64,000 bases of DNA, from the IMG/VR virus record IMGVR_UViG_3300013127_000002, positions 1-64,000 of that record; one strand, 5' to 3'. The position numbers were made by a program, and so were the translations under genes. Below are positions 1 to 9,328 of the stretch, one piece after another. How positions within the stretch are numbered: the stretch's first letter is position 1; each line of letters starts with the position of its first letter. The DNA is from a virus. Below the pieces are notes generated by a model. The model saw nothing but the letters and a program-made list of their open reading frames with translations. It was not told where the DNA came from and did not search any database.

Positions 1-2
1 AG

Positions 3-797
3 GGCCGTACGAGGGCGGGACAAGCTGAGTGCATCTTGAAAGTTCTCCAGAAACGGGGCGGCCCCATGACCGACCACGAACTCCTCATCGCCGTAAAACA
101 GGAGTACCCAAAAACGTTTTCCGGGTGTACCTCCTTGAAAACCACCCTGAAGTACATCACAAAAATTCTCCGATATCCGGGTATCTACCGTCTTACCTCC
201 GCCGCGGGTGTGAGGTGGAGAAAGTCATATACGTGCACCCCGCCTGGTCAGAATGTGGAGCCTCTCTCTGCGCCTGACCCGTCTGAGTGCGGGTCTCCAT
301 CAAGACCACACACGACGTTGCTGGAAGGCAACATTCTGGATACCCTCGCGAAAACACGCTACATCAGTCTTGAGGACTTGTGCGGCCGTCTTTTAAGTAA
401 GTACGGAGCGAGTGTCTCGAAGAATACCGTAGATCAGACTCTTGCAACCCTGTACAACGCGGGGGTCATTGAGTGTAAGGTGTATACGGACGGCAAGACA
501 GTCTGGAAACTTCCGTATAGCAAAGATGGAGCCATGAGGGGCGCCTCCAACTGGGAGTCCAAGATACTAAGCGTCTTGGAAGTTCACCGTGAAGATGTGT
601 ATATCCCGGCCGTCCAAATCGCAGAAGAAATTTGCTTACTGTACTATGACGAGGTTTATCCCGGCATAGCGGATTCAAGAGAAAAGACCAGACGGGTTCT
701 GGGGTCGGTGAGTACGCGACTCTCGAAGTTGTCCGTGTTAGGGAAGCCGGTTGTTTGTAACCGCACAATCCATCCCTTCGGGTATAAGCTTGCATAA
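3..797 (+). CDS. Hypothetical protein with repeated winged-helix-like domains (probably 5'-truncated by the window edge)
   Basis: Frame is open from the window start. Repeated 'ILxxL...L..L...G' helix/wing pattern; C-terminal half resembles the 897..1925 product. Confidence 0.6.
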   Translation, partial: GRTRAGQAECILKVLQKRGGPMTDHELLIAVKQEYPKTFSGCTSLKTTLKYITKILRYPGIYRLTSAAGVRWRKSYTCTPPGQNVEPLSAPDPSECGSPSRPHTTLLEGNILDTLAKTRYISLEDLCGRLLSKYGASVSKNTVDQTLATLYNAGVIECKVYTDGKTVWKLPYSKDGAMRGASNWESKILSVLEVHREDVYIPAVQIAEEICLLYYDEVYPGIADSREKTRRVLGSVSTRLSKLSVLGKPVVCNRTIHPFGYKLA

Positions 798-831
798 AGA
801 GTCGGAACGGGCATCCGCGTTTACGGCGTAA

Positions 832-864
832 TGCTGTGACGCTGGTGCCTTTCTTTTTGGTACA
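832..864 (+). promoter_or_regulatory. Phage repeat motif TGCTGTGACGCTGGTGC + CCTTTCTTTTTGGTA, putative early promoter/operator
   Basis: The 17-mer is identical at 13193-13209. CCTTTCTTTT(T)GGTA recurs at 5868 and 13240, each time intergenic; here and at 5868 an AAGGAGG RBS follows. Confidence 0.55.
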
Positions 865-896
865 AGTCGGTAACCAAACAACCAAGGAGGAGTGCC

Positions 897-1925
897 ATGA
901 GCGAAGACGTTCTGAAATTGCTGCGCGACGTAACCGCTCTTTACGAAACGACGCAGACGAGTCCCGGCATGGTGAGCACCATCGTACGGGCAACCCTGGA
1001 GAGCGCCCTGCACGAGCACGTGGTGCGACTGGTAGACGCGCTGGGCAAGGAATTCCCGAACCACTTCGTGCCCAAGAGCGAGTACGAGAAGCTGGTGGAT
1101 GACGAGGTCCTGAAGTACAAGGACAAGCTGCTCGCGGCGTTCCACAGTCGTGTCCCGATGTCCGCCTCTTACGCGGCAGTGACCGCCGACCTTCAATTCC
1201 TGACAGTAAACGGTGTTGGCCGAATCACCGACGCTCTCCTGCGAGAGGGCCGGATCGCGGAGATCGGGTACAAGAACGGTGCGATGACGTACGTCTGTGC
1301 TGATACCGACCGGGACGCCGCCCCCGTCGAGGTGGTTGAGGTGAAGGACGACAACGTCTACGAACTCACCTCGACCGTCTCGAACAGGTACCTGGATCTT
1401 GTCGAGTCCATCCTGGTGGGTAACAGGTACCAGACAGAGTACGAGATCTACGAGAAGGCACGCGACATCATCGCGAGCGCCCCCGCCGACCCGCGGTTCA
1501 AGTACACCCACCTGAATACCTCTACCCTGAGTCTCGCGCTGATGGAACTGAGTAAGAAGGGCCGCGCCGTACGCAAGCGCATGCACACCAGCGGTTCCGG
1601 AGTGGGACAGGCCACCTGGAAGACACCAACCCGTCACTACAAGAAGATGCGCAGCGGCGAGTGGAAGAAACGAATCGTGGACTTCCTCGACTCTTCCGGA
1701 GGGATGCGCTTCTCCAACAGCGCTCTCATCATGCAGTTGCAGGAGAAGTACCCGGAGGCCGACCACGGCCGTATCAGCTCGGCGCTCGACCGTCTCGCCA
1801 AGGACGGCAAGCTCAGGCGCTTCCATCGCCGGAAGATAGGAGAGAAGCGCTACGAGTACTGGACAACCCCTCCGTCGCCCGGGCCTCTCCCCATGCCGCC
1901 ATCATCCTCGAAGAAAAAGAAGTGA
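897..1925 (+). CDS. Multi winged-helix putative DNA-binding protein
   Basis: AAGGAGG RBS, 342 aa, repeated wHTH-like units (e.g. RISSALDRLAKDGKL). Confidence 0.65.
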   Translation: MSEDVLKLLRDVTALYETTQTSPGMVSTIVRATLESALHEHVVRLVDALGKEFPNHFVPKSEYEKLVDDEVLKYKDKLLAAFHSRVPMSASYAAVTADLQFLTVNGVGRITDALLREGRIAEIGYKNGAMTYVCADTDRDAAPVEVVEVKDDNVYELTSTVSNRYLDLVESILVGNRYQTEYEIYEKARDIIASAPADPRFKYTHLNTSTLSLALMELSKKGRAVRKRMHTSGSGVGQATWKTPTRHYKKMRSGEWKKRIVDFLDSSGGMRFSNSALIMQLQEKYPEADHGRISSALDRLAKDGKLRRFHRRKIGEKRYEYWTTPPSPGPLPMPPSSSKKKK

Positions 1926-1932
1926 GGCGGCC

Positions 1933-2055
1933 ATGTACATCATCATCATCGGACTGATCGTCGGCATGGCGATCTCGTTTGGAGTGGGCTTCTGGGCGGG
2001 GTACCTGACGCACCACATCAAGAAGGAGAAGAAGAATGTCATACAAGCAGGGTGA
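1933..2055 (+). CDS. Small single-TM membrane protein (40 aa)
   Basis: GAGG RBS; MYIIIIGLIVGMAISFGVGFWAGYL hydrophobic stretch followed by a basic tail. Confidence 0.6.
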   Translation: MYIIIIGLIVGMAISFGVGFWAGYLTHHIKKEKKNVIQAG

Positions 2056-2857
2056 CCGCGTTCTCATCCTCGATAGCGATCCTGTTTACGCCGGAAAGTC
2101 CGGCATTGTCCGCTCGTTCAGGGATGGGCAGATCGAAGTGGAGTTCGACAACGGGAAAGGTACCTTCGTCTTTTTCCGGGATGTTCAGCTCCTTGTCCAG
2201 CCCAACGCCAAGGTCGTACACGCGTACAAGGTCGGGGACCGCGTTCTCGGGGAATTCTTTAACGGGGAAAGGGCAGAAGGTACCGTAACCAAACTTCACC
2301 CTCCGGGCTATCCCGGCAAGATAGCTGTTCGCTTCGACAACTACGACAGTTACCAGGGTGCGGGGGATTACCACGCGTGGGATCCCCGGACCTTGATACC
2401 TGTGTCCGCGAACGTGCCTGAGGAGTCGGCCGAGGAGATCGAGCACCAGCAGAAGACCGTATACGCCGCACTCAGACTCACGACCGTCTCGGCGACATTC
2501 GTCTTGGCGTCGGGGCGCGTGGTTCACATGCCGGATCCCGTCGGCGACAACTGGGTGCTGGACGACCTGAACGTCTTTCCCGAGGGGACCGGCGTTTCCG
2601 TAACGACGGACCGCATCAACATTTCCAACGTCCTGCTCAAGGACATGGACACCGACATGCCGATCAACCGCGTCAACCACGAGCAGGGAAGGTGCTGGCT
2701 GAAGGACATGGAACGAATCGTCAATGCGCGGGACAGGAAGAGCCCGTTCGAAGAGCGCTTTGCCTGCATCACGGTACTTCGCTACTTCAAGGTGAAGCTC
2801 CCCGAGCCCGAGACCGACAACCTGTCGCTCCCAACTCTCCGCGCATACCTGTGGTAA
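2036..2857 (+). CDS. Protein with two KOW/SH3-like barrel repeats
   Basis: Two 'YK(Q/V)GDRVL...G.V......I.V.FDN' repeats. Confidence 0.65.
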   Translation: MSYKQGDRVLILDSDPVYAGKSGIVRSFRDGQIEVEFDNGKGTFVFFRDVQLLVQPNAKVVHAYKVGDRVLGEFFNGERAEGTVTKLHPPGYPGKIAVRFDNYDSYQGAGDYHAWDPRTLIPVSANVPEESAEEIEHQQKTVYAALRLTTVSATFVLASGRVVHMPDPVGDNWVLDDLNVFPEGTGVSVTTDRINISNVLLKDMDTDMPINRVNHEQGRCWLKDMERIVNARDRKSPFEERFACITVLRYFKVKLPEPETDNLSLPTLRAYLW

Positions 2858-2880
2858 CCGCGGAAGAAAGGTCAGAAGGA

Positions 2881-3312
2881 ATGAAGAAGATCACGCTCTG
2901 CTTCCCGGAAGGGGAAATCGATGGAAAGTTCTCCGTCATGAAGGTCGAGGTCGAGGGCTACCCCTTCGACTCCGAACGCATGGCCAGCATCATGACGGAC
3001 TTCACCTCGGCGTACGGCAGCTTCCTCGTGGGTACTTCGAACAACAACCCCGACATAGCCGAGATCGCGCTGTACAACATCGTCGTGCCGCAGATCAAGG
3101 GAATCATCGAGGCCGCGCGTCTCGGAGACGTCGACATGCTGCCCGGATCCAACAACGAGGGCGAGTGTCCGCTCACCGACTTCGCCGGCGGCAAGATCAG
3201 CGCGGAGGAGATCAACGCCCGTCTCGGAAAGGCGAAACCCACCCTCCAGGACCGTGTCGTGGCGGAGGCGCTCCGCAAGGCCAAGGACATCAAGGGAGGT
3301 TCCGATGCGTAA
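2881..3312 (+). CDS. Hypothetical protein (paralog family with 3305 and 11707 genes)
   Basis: AAGGA RBS before ATG 2881; shared E(V/I)E(G/N)Y...D(F/L/M)T motif. Confidence 0.65.
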   Translation: MKKITLCFPEGEIDGKFSVMKVEVEGYPFDSERMASIMTDFTSAYGSFLVGTSNNNPDIAEIALYNIVVPQIKGIIEAARLGDVDMLPGSNNEGECPLTDFAGGKISAEEINARLGKAKPTLQDRVVAEALRKAKDIKGGSDA

Positions 3313-3643
3313 GATCACCATCACGTCCGAGGACATCATCAGGGGAGAGGACCAGGATCTCATCCAGACCCTGGAGGTCGAGAACTACGCCGGGGACGAC
3401 TTCACGGCACACCTCTTCCACGACCTCACCTCTTCCCTCTCCGCGGTGATCATCGAGCACATCCTGCCCGGGAAAGCAGACAACGTCATCGACCTCATCG
3501 CCCGGCAATTGCGGGATTCGGTCGAGAGGGCCAAGCAGGGCCATATCACCACTCACGCCGGGTCCGTCGGCACCCCGGCGGAGAAGTTGATACTCGACAA
3601 CGCCCTCGGGTTCCGCGGCATGAGCAGGAAGGTGAAGAGCTGA
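3305..3643 (+). CDS. Hypothetical protein (paralog of the upstream gene)
   Basis: GGAGG RBS; MRKITI...EVENY...DLTSS. Confidence 0.65.
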   Translation: MRKITITSEDIIRGEDQDLIQTLEVENYAGDDFTAHLFHDLTSSLSAVIIEHILPGKADNVIDLIARQLRDSVERAKQGHITTHAGSVGTPAEKLILDNALGFRGMSRKVKS

Positions 3644-3825
3644 TGCCCAGCTTCCGCCGGCACCTGCGAGGGCTCAAAGCCTACATCGAAGCAGAGGCCG
3701 CACGTCAGGTGTTCGTCCCGACGTGCGCCTTCTGCAACATGCCCGTAAGAGGAAATCGGTGTCAGAACTGCGGAGCGCCGGTACCCAAAGAAACAGGACC
3801 GGTAATCAAGCGCAAGAAGGAGTAA
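3643..3825 (+). CDS. Small zinc-ribbon protein
   Basis: CxxC...CxxC; start overlaps upstream stop (TGATG). Confidence 0.6.
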   Translation: MPSFRRHLRGLKAYIEAEAARQVFVPTCAFCNMPVRGNRCQNCGAPVPKETGPVIKRKKE

Positions 3826-3827
3826 AG

Positions 3828-4130
3828 ATGGGATACTACCTCAACCCGCCCGGTGCGGGTACGCACGGAAAGAGCACCTGGTGTGAGGAGAACGGCATCA
3901 GCCTGGACGGGCTCGGGCTCCCCACGTGGGAGCAGATCCCCAAGGACTGCTGCGTGATCTTCGTGGTCAACAACGGCCCGTTCGAGGCCGCCGCCATCGC
4001 ATACAAGAAGGACGAGTACGAGTACTTACAGGACCCCGGGGCGGTCGGCGGCCGTCCGGTGAAGCACTTCATGATCGAGAAGAAGAAAGCGGTCGACATC
4101 GGCGCGATCAAGATGGGAGACTTTCAGTGA
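3828..4130 (+). CDS. Hypothetical phage protein
   Basis: AAGGAG RBS; VVNNGPFEAAAIAY motif. Confidence 0.65.
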   Translation: MGYYLNPPGAGTHGKSTWCEENGISLDGLGLPTWEQIPKDCCVIFVVNNGPFEAAAIAYKKDEYEYLQDPGAVGGRPVKHFMIEKKKAVDIGAIKMGDFQ

Positions 4131-4501
4131 CGAAAAAAGAGCTCGAAGCCAAACTCGTCGCTCTTGGCGATGATGTTTCCGACTATCAAAAGCGCAGCGT
4201 TGTGTGCGCACTCGTTGGGCACAGTCGCGTCGTCTCTATGTGCTTCGGCTACGTGAACTGCGGCCGGTGCGAGGACCAGATCGGCGATACCCTCGGCGGA
4301 GCTTCGGACATGTCCCAACGCGTCGTCATAGGGCACCGGGACAATGAGACAGGAGGTGTGTGCTCTACCTGTCTCGCGAACTACAAGAAACTCAAGTGGG
4401 AAGACAAGGCATACCTGCCCGAGGAGACGCGAAACAAGCTCCTCAACGGGTTGGGGCTCAAACCCGCGGTCAAGAAAACCGCGAACAGGAGAAAGAGATG
4501 A
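4127..4501 (+). CDS. Cys/His-rich hypothetical protein
   Basis: GTG start coupled to upstream stop; CALVGHS, CGRC, CSTC. Confidence 0.6.
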   Translation: MTKKELEAKLVALGDDVSDYQKRSVVCALVGHSRVVSMCFGYVNCGRCEDQIGDTLGGASDMSQRVVIGHRDNETGGVCSTCLANYKKLKWEDKAYLPEETRNKLLNGLGLKPAVKKTANRRKR

Positions 4502-4878
4502 CCGAAGAAACCAAGGACCAGGTCGAGACGAAACCCGAAGGCGCGTTCGTCAGCTCACTAAAGCGCAACAACAAGCAGATCAAGGACGACCGGGCGACCT
4601 CGATCTCCGAGGACGCCGAGACCGCATACCGCCGGTGCATCGAGGACCTCGTCGCCGACATGCGGCGCATGCGGCGCGACCGCATCAACATGCTCGACCT
4701 CTCGCCGGAGAACACCTTCTCCCTGATGCTCGGCAAGGACTTCGACGGCAAGAAGTTCGTCGAGGCCGACACCAAGATCGGCATCGACCTCCGGAACATG
4801 GAGATCAAGCTGGAGCTCATGCAGAAGCAGTACGAGTTCCTCTTCGGCCGTTCGGCGCCGCAGTTGGAGGTGCGGTAA
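4498..4878 (+). CDS. Coiled-coil protein, first gene of the vWA/PurA-like module
   Basis: 126 aa helical protein, translationally coupled to the vWA gene (TAATG). Confidence 0.7.
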   Translation: MTEETKDQVETKPEGAFVSSLKRNNKQIKDDRATSISEDAETAYRRCIEDLVADMRRMRRDRINMLDLSPENTFSLMLGKDFDGKKFVEADTKIGIDLRNMEIKLELMQKQYEFLFGRSAPQLEVR

Positions 4879-5807
4879 TGGGGGGAGGAAGCTACGTCTA
4901 CAACAGCAGCATGCGGCGCCGGGCGGACAAGGGCTGGTCCTCGACATCTCAGCTCCAGGATGCCGGCATCGCCGTTCCCAAGGGTTACGCCCAGAAGAAC
5001 ATCAACGAGGTCTTCCGGCAGCGGCAGATCGAGAGCAGGATGAACCCCTTCAACGTCCTGCTGCGGGAGAGCCGGGATTCGTCCGAGCACCCGGAATCGC
5101 TGGCCATCGTGATCGCCCTCGATGTCACGGGCTCGATGGGCACCGTCCCGCACCACCTGGTGCAGGAGGGCCTGCCGCACATCATGAAGAAGCTCATCGA
5201 GAACGGCGTCCCGCACCCGCAGGTGCTGTTCACGGCGGTGGGGGACCACCACTGTGACGGCGCCCCCTTCCAGGTGGGGCAGTTCGAGAGCAGCGACGAG
5301 CTGCTCGACCAGTGGCTCACCAGCGTCTACCTGGAGGGCGGCGGGGGTGGCAACGGCGGCGAGAGCTACCCGCTGGCCTGGTACTTTGCCGGGCAGCGCA
5401 CCGCGGTCGACTGCATGGAGAAGCGGCAGCAGAAGGGGTTCATGTTCACCATCGGGGACGAGAACTACCACGACGACTACCACGGCGACCACATGAAGGC
5501 GATGTTCGGAGACCAGTCCGAATACCCGCACAACACCACGGCCTCCCAGCTCCTCGCCAAGGCGCAGGAGAAGTACAACTGCTACCACATCCACATCGGG
5601 GAGACCTCCTCGGGCCACGACATCACCGCCGTGAACCGCTGGCGCGAGCTGATGGGCCCGAACCTTCTGGTCGCGGAGAGGTACACGCAGGTAGCGGAGC
5701 AGATCGCCGAGGCCATCCTGCGCACCTACAAGGCGCAGGGCGTGCAGGCGAAACCGAGTGACGTCGTGACGCCGGTGCCGGACAAGCCCTCCGACCAGAT
5801 GCTGTAG
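4878..5807 (+). CDS. von Willebrand factor A (vWA) domain protein
   Basis: MIDAS-like DVTGSMG, plus GGGGNGGESY and FTIGDE. Confidence 0.85.
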   Translation: MGGGSYVYNSSMRRRADKGWSSTSQLQDAGIAVPKGYAQKNINEVFRQRQIESRMNPFNVLLRESRDSSEHPESLAIVIALDVTGSMGTVPHHLVQEGLPHIMKKLIENGVPHPQVLFTAVGDHHCDGAPFQVGQFESSDELLDQWLTSVYLEGGGGGNGGESYPLAWYFAGQRTAVDCMEKRQQKGFMFTIGDENYHDDYHGDHMKAMFGDQSEYPHNTTASQLLAKAQEKYNCYHIHIGETSSGHDITAVNRWRELMGPNLLVAERYTQVAEQIAEAILRTYKAQGVQAKPSDVVTPVPDKPSDQML

Positions 5808-5820
5808 ACCAACCTGAAAT

Positions 5821-5852
5821 GCCCGGGCGTAGCCTCGTCGCTGCGCCCGGGT
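5821..5852 (+). terminator. GC-rich hairpin between vWA and PurA-like genes
   Basis: GCCCGGGCGTAGC / GCTGCGCCCGGGT stem with weak T-tail. Confidence 0.45.
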
Positions 5853-5867
5853 TTCCTCCTATCCAAG

Positions 5868-5890
5868 CCTTTCTTTTTGGTATCAGAATG
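5868..5890 (+). promoter_or_regulatory. CCTTTCTTTTTGGTA motif, putative promoter
   Basis: Same motif as at 848 and 13240. Confidence 0.5.
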
Positions 5891-5918
5891 TGACCCACAA
5901 CAACTGAAGGAGGAGACA

Positions 5919-7160
5919 ATGAAGGTAGTATTGGGAGCTGCGTTCGGCGACGAGGGCAAGGGACGCGTTGTCGACGCGCTCTGCGCCAGATCCCGGGTTC
6001 TCCCGGGCATGGTGCGTTTCTCCGGCGGCCATCAGGCCGCGCATCGTGTGGTCGTCGGGAGGAAGGAGCACATCTTCGCGCACTTCGGGAGCGGCACTCT
6101 CAGGGGGGCGCCGACATACTGGTCAAAGTACTGCCCCGTGGCGCCGGTGCATCTCATGAACGAGCTGGTTGCTCTGGAGCAGATCGGCATCGAGGCCCCG
6201 GTCATGCACATCGACGGGCACTGCGCCGTGACGACCCCGTATGATGTGATGTGGGGACGTCGTCAGAAGTACCTCATGGGGGAGCACGGCTCGTGCGGCA
6301 TGGGCATCTACCCTACCTGGCAGAGAGAGCGCAACGGCTGTCACTTCCTGTTCGAGGACATCATGCACCCCGAGATCGTCCGGATGAAGCTCAAGCAGGT
6401 CGAGGAGTACTACCGTGCGGCGTTGGAGAAGCCGGACAGTGAGGCGGAAGAGCAGTTCCTCGGGGACTGCTCCCTGGTTGCCGGCTACGTGCGCGACGGT
6501 GCTTTCTATCTCACGTACAGTCTGAACGAATTCGTGCTGCACCACCAATCGGCGCGAGAAGCAGACGGGTTCAACAACACCACGCAAGGTCCGTACAGTG
6601 ACGATCCGGACGACCGGGAAGACTTCCCCCTGATCTTCGAAGGCTCACAAGGCTTGTTGCTCGACATGGACTACGGCTTCTTCCCGCACGTCACGCCCAG
6701 CAATACCGGCATGCAGAACGTGGTTGAGATGCTGGGTCCCTCGTACCGGGAAGAGAACATCGAGACCTGGCTCGTCACACGCGCCTACTCGACGCGCCAC
6801 GGCCACGGGCCGTTCCTGCCCCGGGCATTCGCTAACGACACCTACGAGATCAAGAACCCACACGAGAAGAACGGGGACGGGGGTCCTCAAGGGAAGTTCC
6901 GCACGGGCCCCCTCTCCCTGGACCTGCTCCGTTACGCCGTAAATAAAGACGCGTACCTCAGGCAGTTCGGTGTCGACAACGTCGTAGTCACGTGCAGGGA
7001 TCTCATGCAGGGGAAGACGCTGGTCATCGACAAGGGGGTCCTGTGCGAGTGCCGCGGGGACCATGAGTTCTTCGTGGATATCAAACGTGCAACCAGAGCG
7101 AGAAACATCTGGATCAGCACCAGCCCAGACGGGGAGATCCCGCTAGAGAGAGTGGAGTAA
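5919..7160 (+). CDS. Divergent adenylosuccinate synthetase-family protein (PurA-like)
   Basis: GAAFGDEGKG P-loop, FEGSQGLLLD, FPHVTPSNT, RAYSTRHGHGPF; lacks the TTGRxR aspartate-binding loop. Confidence 0.88.
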   Translation: MKVVLGAAFGDEGKGRVVDALCARSRVLPGMVRFSGGHQAAHRVVVGRKEHIFAHFGSGTLRGAPTYWSKYCPVAPVHLMNELVALEQIGIEAPVMHIDGHCAVTTPYDVMWGRRQKYLMGEHGSCGMGIYPTWQRERNGCHFLFEDIMHPEIVRMKLKQVEEYYRAALEKPDSEAEEQFLGDCSLVAGYVRDGAFYLTYSLNEFVLHHQSAREADGFNNTTQGPYSDDPDDREDFPLIFEGSQGLLLDMDYGFFPHVTPSNTGMQNVVEMLGPSYREENIETWLVTRAYSTRHGHGPFLPRAFANDTYEIKNPHEKNGDGGPQGKFRTGPLSLDLLRYAVNKDAYLRQFGVDNVVVTCRDLMQGKTLVIDKGVLCECRGDHEFFVDIKRATRARNIWISTSPDGEIPLERVE

Positions 7161-7165
7161 AGACC

Positions 7166-7318
7166 ATGCGCAAGTTCGTGTGCCACAACTGTGAGAACAA
7201 GGGAGACGAGGGGGTATGCACCCTGTCGGTGGAGGAGACACTGAACGCACCGATCTGGTGTCCGTTCCCGGTAACCGGACGTCCTCCGGATCCCGCAAAC
7301 TGGGAGGAAGAGGAATGA
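7166..7318 (+). CDS. Small Cys-rich protein (50 aa)
   Basis: GGAG RBS; CHNC...C...CP; fills the gap and couples to the next gene. Confidence 0.55.
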   Translation: MRKFVCHNCENKGDEGVCTLSVEETLNAPIWCPFPVTGRPPDPANWEEEE

Positions 7319-7584
7319 GGATCAGCAAGTACGAGGGGGACCCCCTCATCCTGCGACAGGGCGTCGCCGACGCCACGCTCGAAGATGGCCGCACCGTAGA
7401 GGTCTCGATGTGCATCAGCAGCGGAGCCCTCATCGGGATGATCCATGACGTCAAGGGAAAGCACGTCTCCACATACCGGATCTCGCCGCACGACTTTATC
7501 ACGTCGATGCTGGACTGCGAGGAGGGGAAAGAGGAGTTCGTGCTTATCGAGAAGGAGAAGAAGGATGGACAAAAAGCAGTATGA
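7315..7584 (+). CDS. Hypothetical protein
   Basis: ATGA coupling, GAGGA RBS. Confidence 0.6.
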   Translation: MRISKYEGDPLILRQGVADATLEDGRTVEVSMCISSGALIGMIHDVKGKHVSTYRISPHDFITSMLDCEEGKEEFVLIEKEKKDGQKAV

Positions 7585-7987
7585 CGCCATCGTCGACATC
7601 CTCGGAAATGCCGAACGTGATGACCTCATCTCGGCTCTGGAGCAGGACCGCTTCATCAAGTTCAAAAAACGCAAAAAGCTCTACGTCTTCATGGACTACA
7701 GGACCGGCCGGTTGCTCGGGCAGTACCCCGACGACGAAGGCGGCTTGTACGCCCTCTTCGACATGCCCGAAGAGCACAACAGCATGGGACGCCTCACCTA
7801 CTCCACTACCATCAAGCGGGCCAAGGAGTGGCTGAAGTGGTTTCTGAGCGAGGCGGACCCCAAGATCATGCACTTCGCGCTGCACGATGACCTCATCAAC
7901 GAAACCGCGGTGCTCGGCATCGCGCAGTACGAGATAAAGAAGTTCGTGACGAACCCGCCCGCGTCGGCGGTCGGCGAGGAGGAATAA
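7565..7987 (+). CDS. Hypothetical protein
   Basis: AAGGAG RBS, codon usage like neighbours. Confidence 0.6.
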   Translation: MDKKQYDAIVDILGNAERDDLISALEQDRFIKFKKRKKLYVFMDYRTGRLLGQYPDDEGGLYALFDMPEEHNSMGRLTYSTTIKRAKEWLKWFLSEADPKIMHFALHDDLINETAVLGIAQYEIKKFVTNPPASAVGEEE

Positions 7988-7989
7988 AC

Positions 7990-8223
7990 ATGAGCGCCTA
8001 CGCAACCGCGCTGAAAGAGTCGAGCAAGGAAGCGCGGCTTGAAGAGGCGTTGCGGCAGCATGACCGGGCAGAGAAGGCGGAGAAGGAGCTCGCCGCGGCG
8101 CAGGCGGTCATCCTGCACTGCGAAGAGGACATCAACTGGATGATGAACAACGAGAAGCTCTTGAACCCCGAGGTGTTCAAGTACCTCCACGACGCTGTGG
8201 AGAAATTGGAGGTGCCGACATGA
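7990..8223 (+). CDS. Hypothetical coiled-coil protein
   Basis: GGAGG RBS. Confidence 0.6.
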   Translation: MSAYATALKESSKEARLEEALRQHDRAEKAEKELAAAQAVILHCEEDINWMMNNEKLLNPEVFKYLHDAVEKLEVPT

Positions 8224-8546
8224 TTTACACCGTGGCGGGTGCGGCGGTCACAGGGGTGGTCATCCTCCTGTTGTACTACCTGCTGAGCGCCCGCAAGAAC
8301 ATCCGCAGGCTCACGGAACGCCTCACGGAAGTATCCCAAAAGCGGTCAGAGGATTCTCAGAAATCCAACCAGCAGCTCAACATGCGCAACGACACCATCA
8401 AGCGCCTGCTCCATGAGCAGTACGAACCGGAGACGCTGGCGTTCTTCATCCACCTGACCAATTCCAGCAGCTACATCCCGGACAGCGTCTTCGACAAGGT
8501 GGAAGCGCACCAGGCATTTATCATGAAGAAAAAGAGGGAGGACTGA
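8220..8546 (+). CDS. N-terminal TM-anchored protein
   Basis: Hydrophobic N-terminus followed by coiled coil. Confidence 0.6.
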   Translation: MIYTVAGAAVTGVVILLLYYLLSARKNIRRLTERLTEVSQKRSEDSQKSNQQLNMRNDTIKRLLHEQYEPETLAFFIHLTNSSSYIPDSVFDKVEAHQAFIMKKKRED

Positions 8547-8549
8547 CCT

Positions 8550-8798
8550 ATGGGAACCCACACCGCACTCTCCCCGCAGCAGGTCCAGAACTGGCGAGTG
8601 GCCCTGTCCCTGGAGATGGGGCCTCTCGCCTACGCCCTGCCCGAGGAGGCCATTATCGAGCTGCGAGACCGGATGCAGAACCATTTCAACCAACCGTCCG
8701 TCTCGGCGCCGGTTGAGCCGCCGGCCGCCCCCGCGCACAAGTCGACGAGGTCCTCCAGCTGGCCGCCCAAGCTGGGGGATCTCATCAAGAAAGGATGA
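8550..8798 (+). CDS. Hypothetical protein
   Basis: GGAGG RBS. Confidence 0.6.
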   Translation: MGTHTALSPQQVQNWRVALSLEMGPLAYALPEEAIIELRDRMQNHFNQPSVSAPVEPPAAPAHKSTRSSSWPPKLGDLIKKG

Positions 8799-8801
8799 CA
8801 G

Positions 8802-9323
8802 ATGCCTCAGGAAGATGATCTGAAGAAGCGTCTCGCCACGGCTCACGAGACCGTGGACGCCCTCACCCGGGACAACCTCAACCTGCTGTCACAACTCGAC
8901 CGTATCGAACAGACCCGGCTGGACGCCGCTGTTCGGTACGCCAAGCAGCAGGCGGAAACCAGGAAGCACATCGCAACACTGGTGGCCAAGACAGACCGGT
9001 TGCAGGCAGCATACGATGACGGAGAGGAGGGGTACGCCTGGTTGCAGTCCAACCTGCCGACCAGGTACCTCGGGAAGAACGTGGTCAACTCCGCCGCGGA
9101 CTGGCTTCGCTCGTTGCTCTCGGAGAACGCGCACCTGCTCACGAGCAGAGAGGGCTGGGCCGCACGCTCCAAGGAGCAGTTCGACCGGATAGGGGTTGCT
9201 CTGGATGCCGTGCGGGAGAAGCGCCCGTCCGGTGAGCCCGCCCGGGATGACGCCACAGAAGTCGAGGCGTTGGTGGTTGAGGTGGCGCGGCTATTGGGAG
9301 AAAAGCGAGGGATAAAGGAGTAA
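8802..9323 (+). CDS. Hypothetical coiled-coil protein
   Basis: Packed ORF with AAGGA RBS. Confidence 0.6.
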   Translation: MPQEDDLKKRLATAHETVDALTRDNLNLLSQLDRIEQTRLDAAVRYAKQQAETRKHIATLVAKTDRLQAAYDDGEEGYAWLQSNLPTRYLGKNVVNSAADWLRSLLSENAHLLTSREGWAARSKEQFDRIGVALDAVREKRPSGEPARDDATEVEALVVEVARLLGEKRGIKE

Positions 9324-9328
9324 AACAG

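Noticed and set aside
5919-7160. PurZ / 2-aminoadenine (Z-genome) pathway
   Set aside because: The P-loop has Asp (GDEGKG) rather than the PurZ Ser, and no DatZ/MazZ-like gene was recognised nearby
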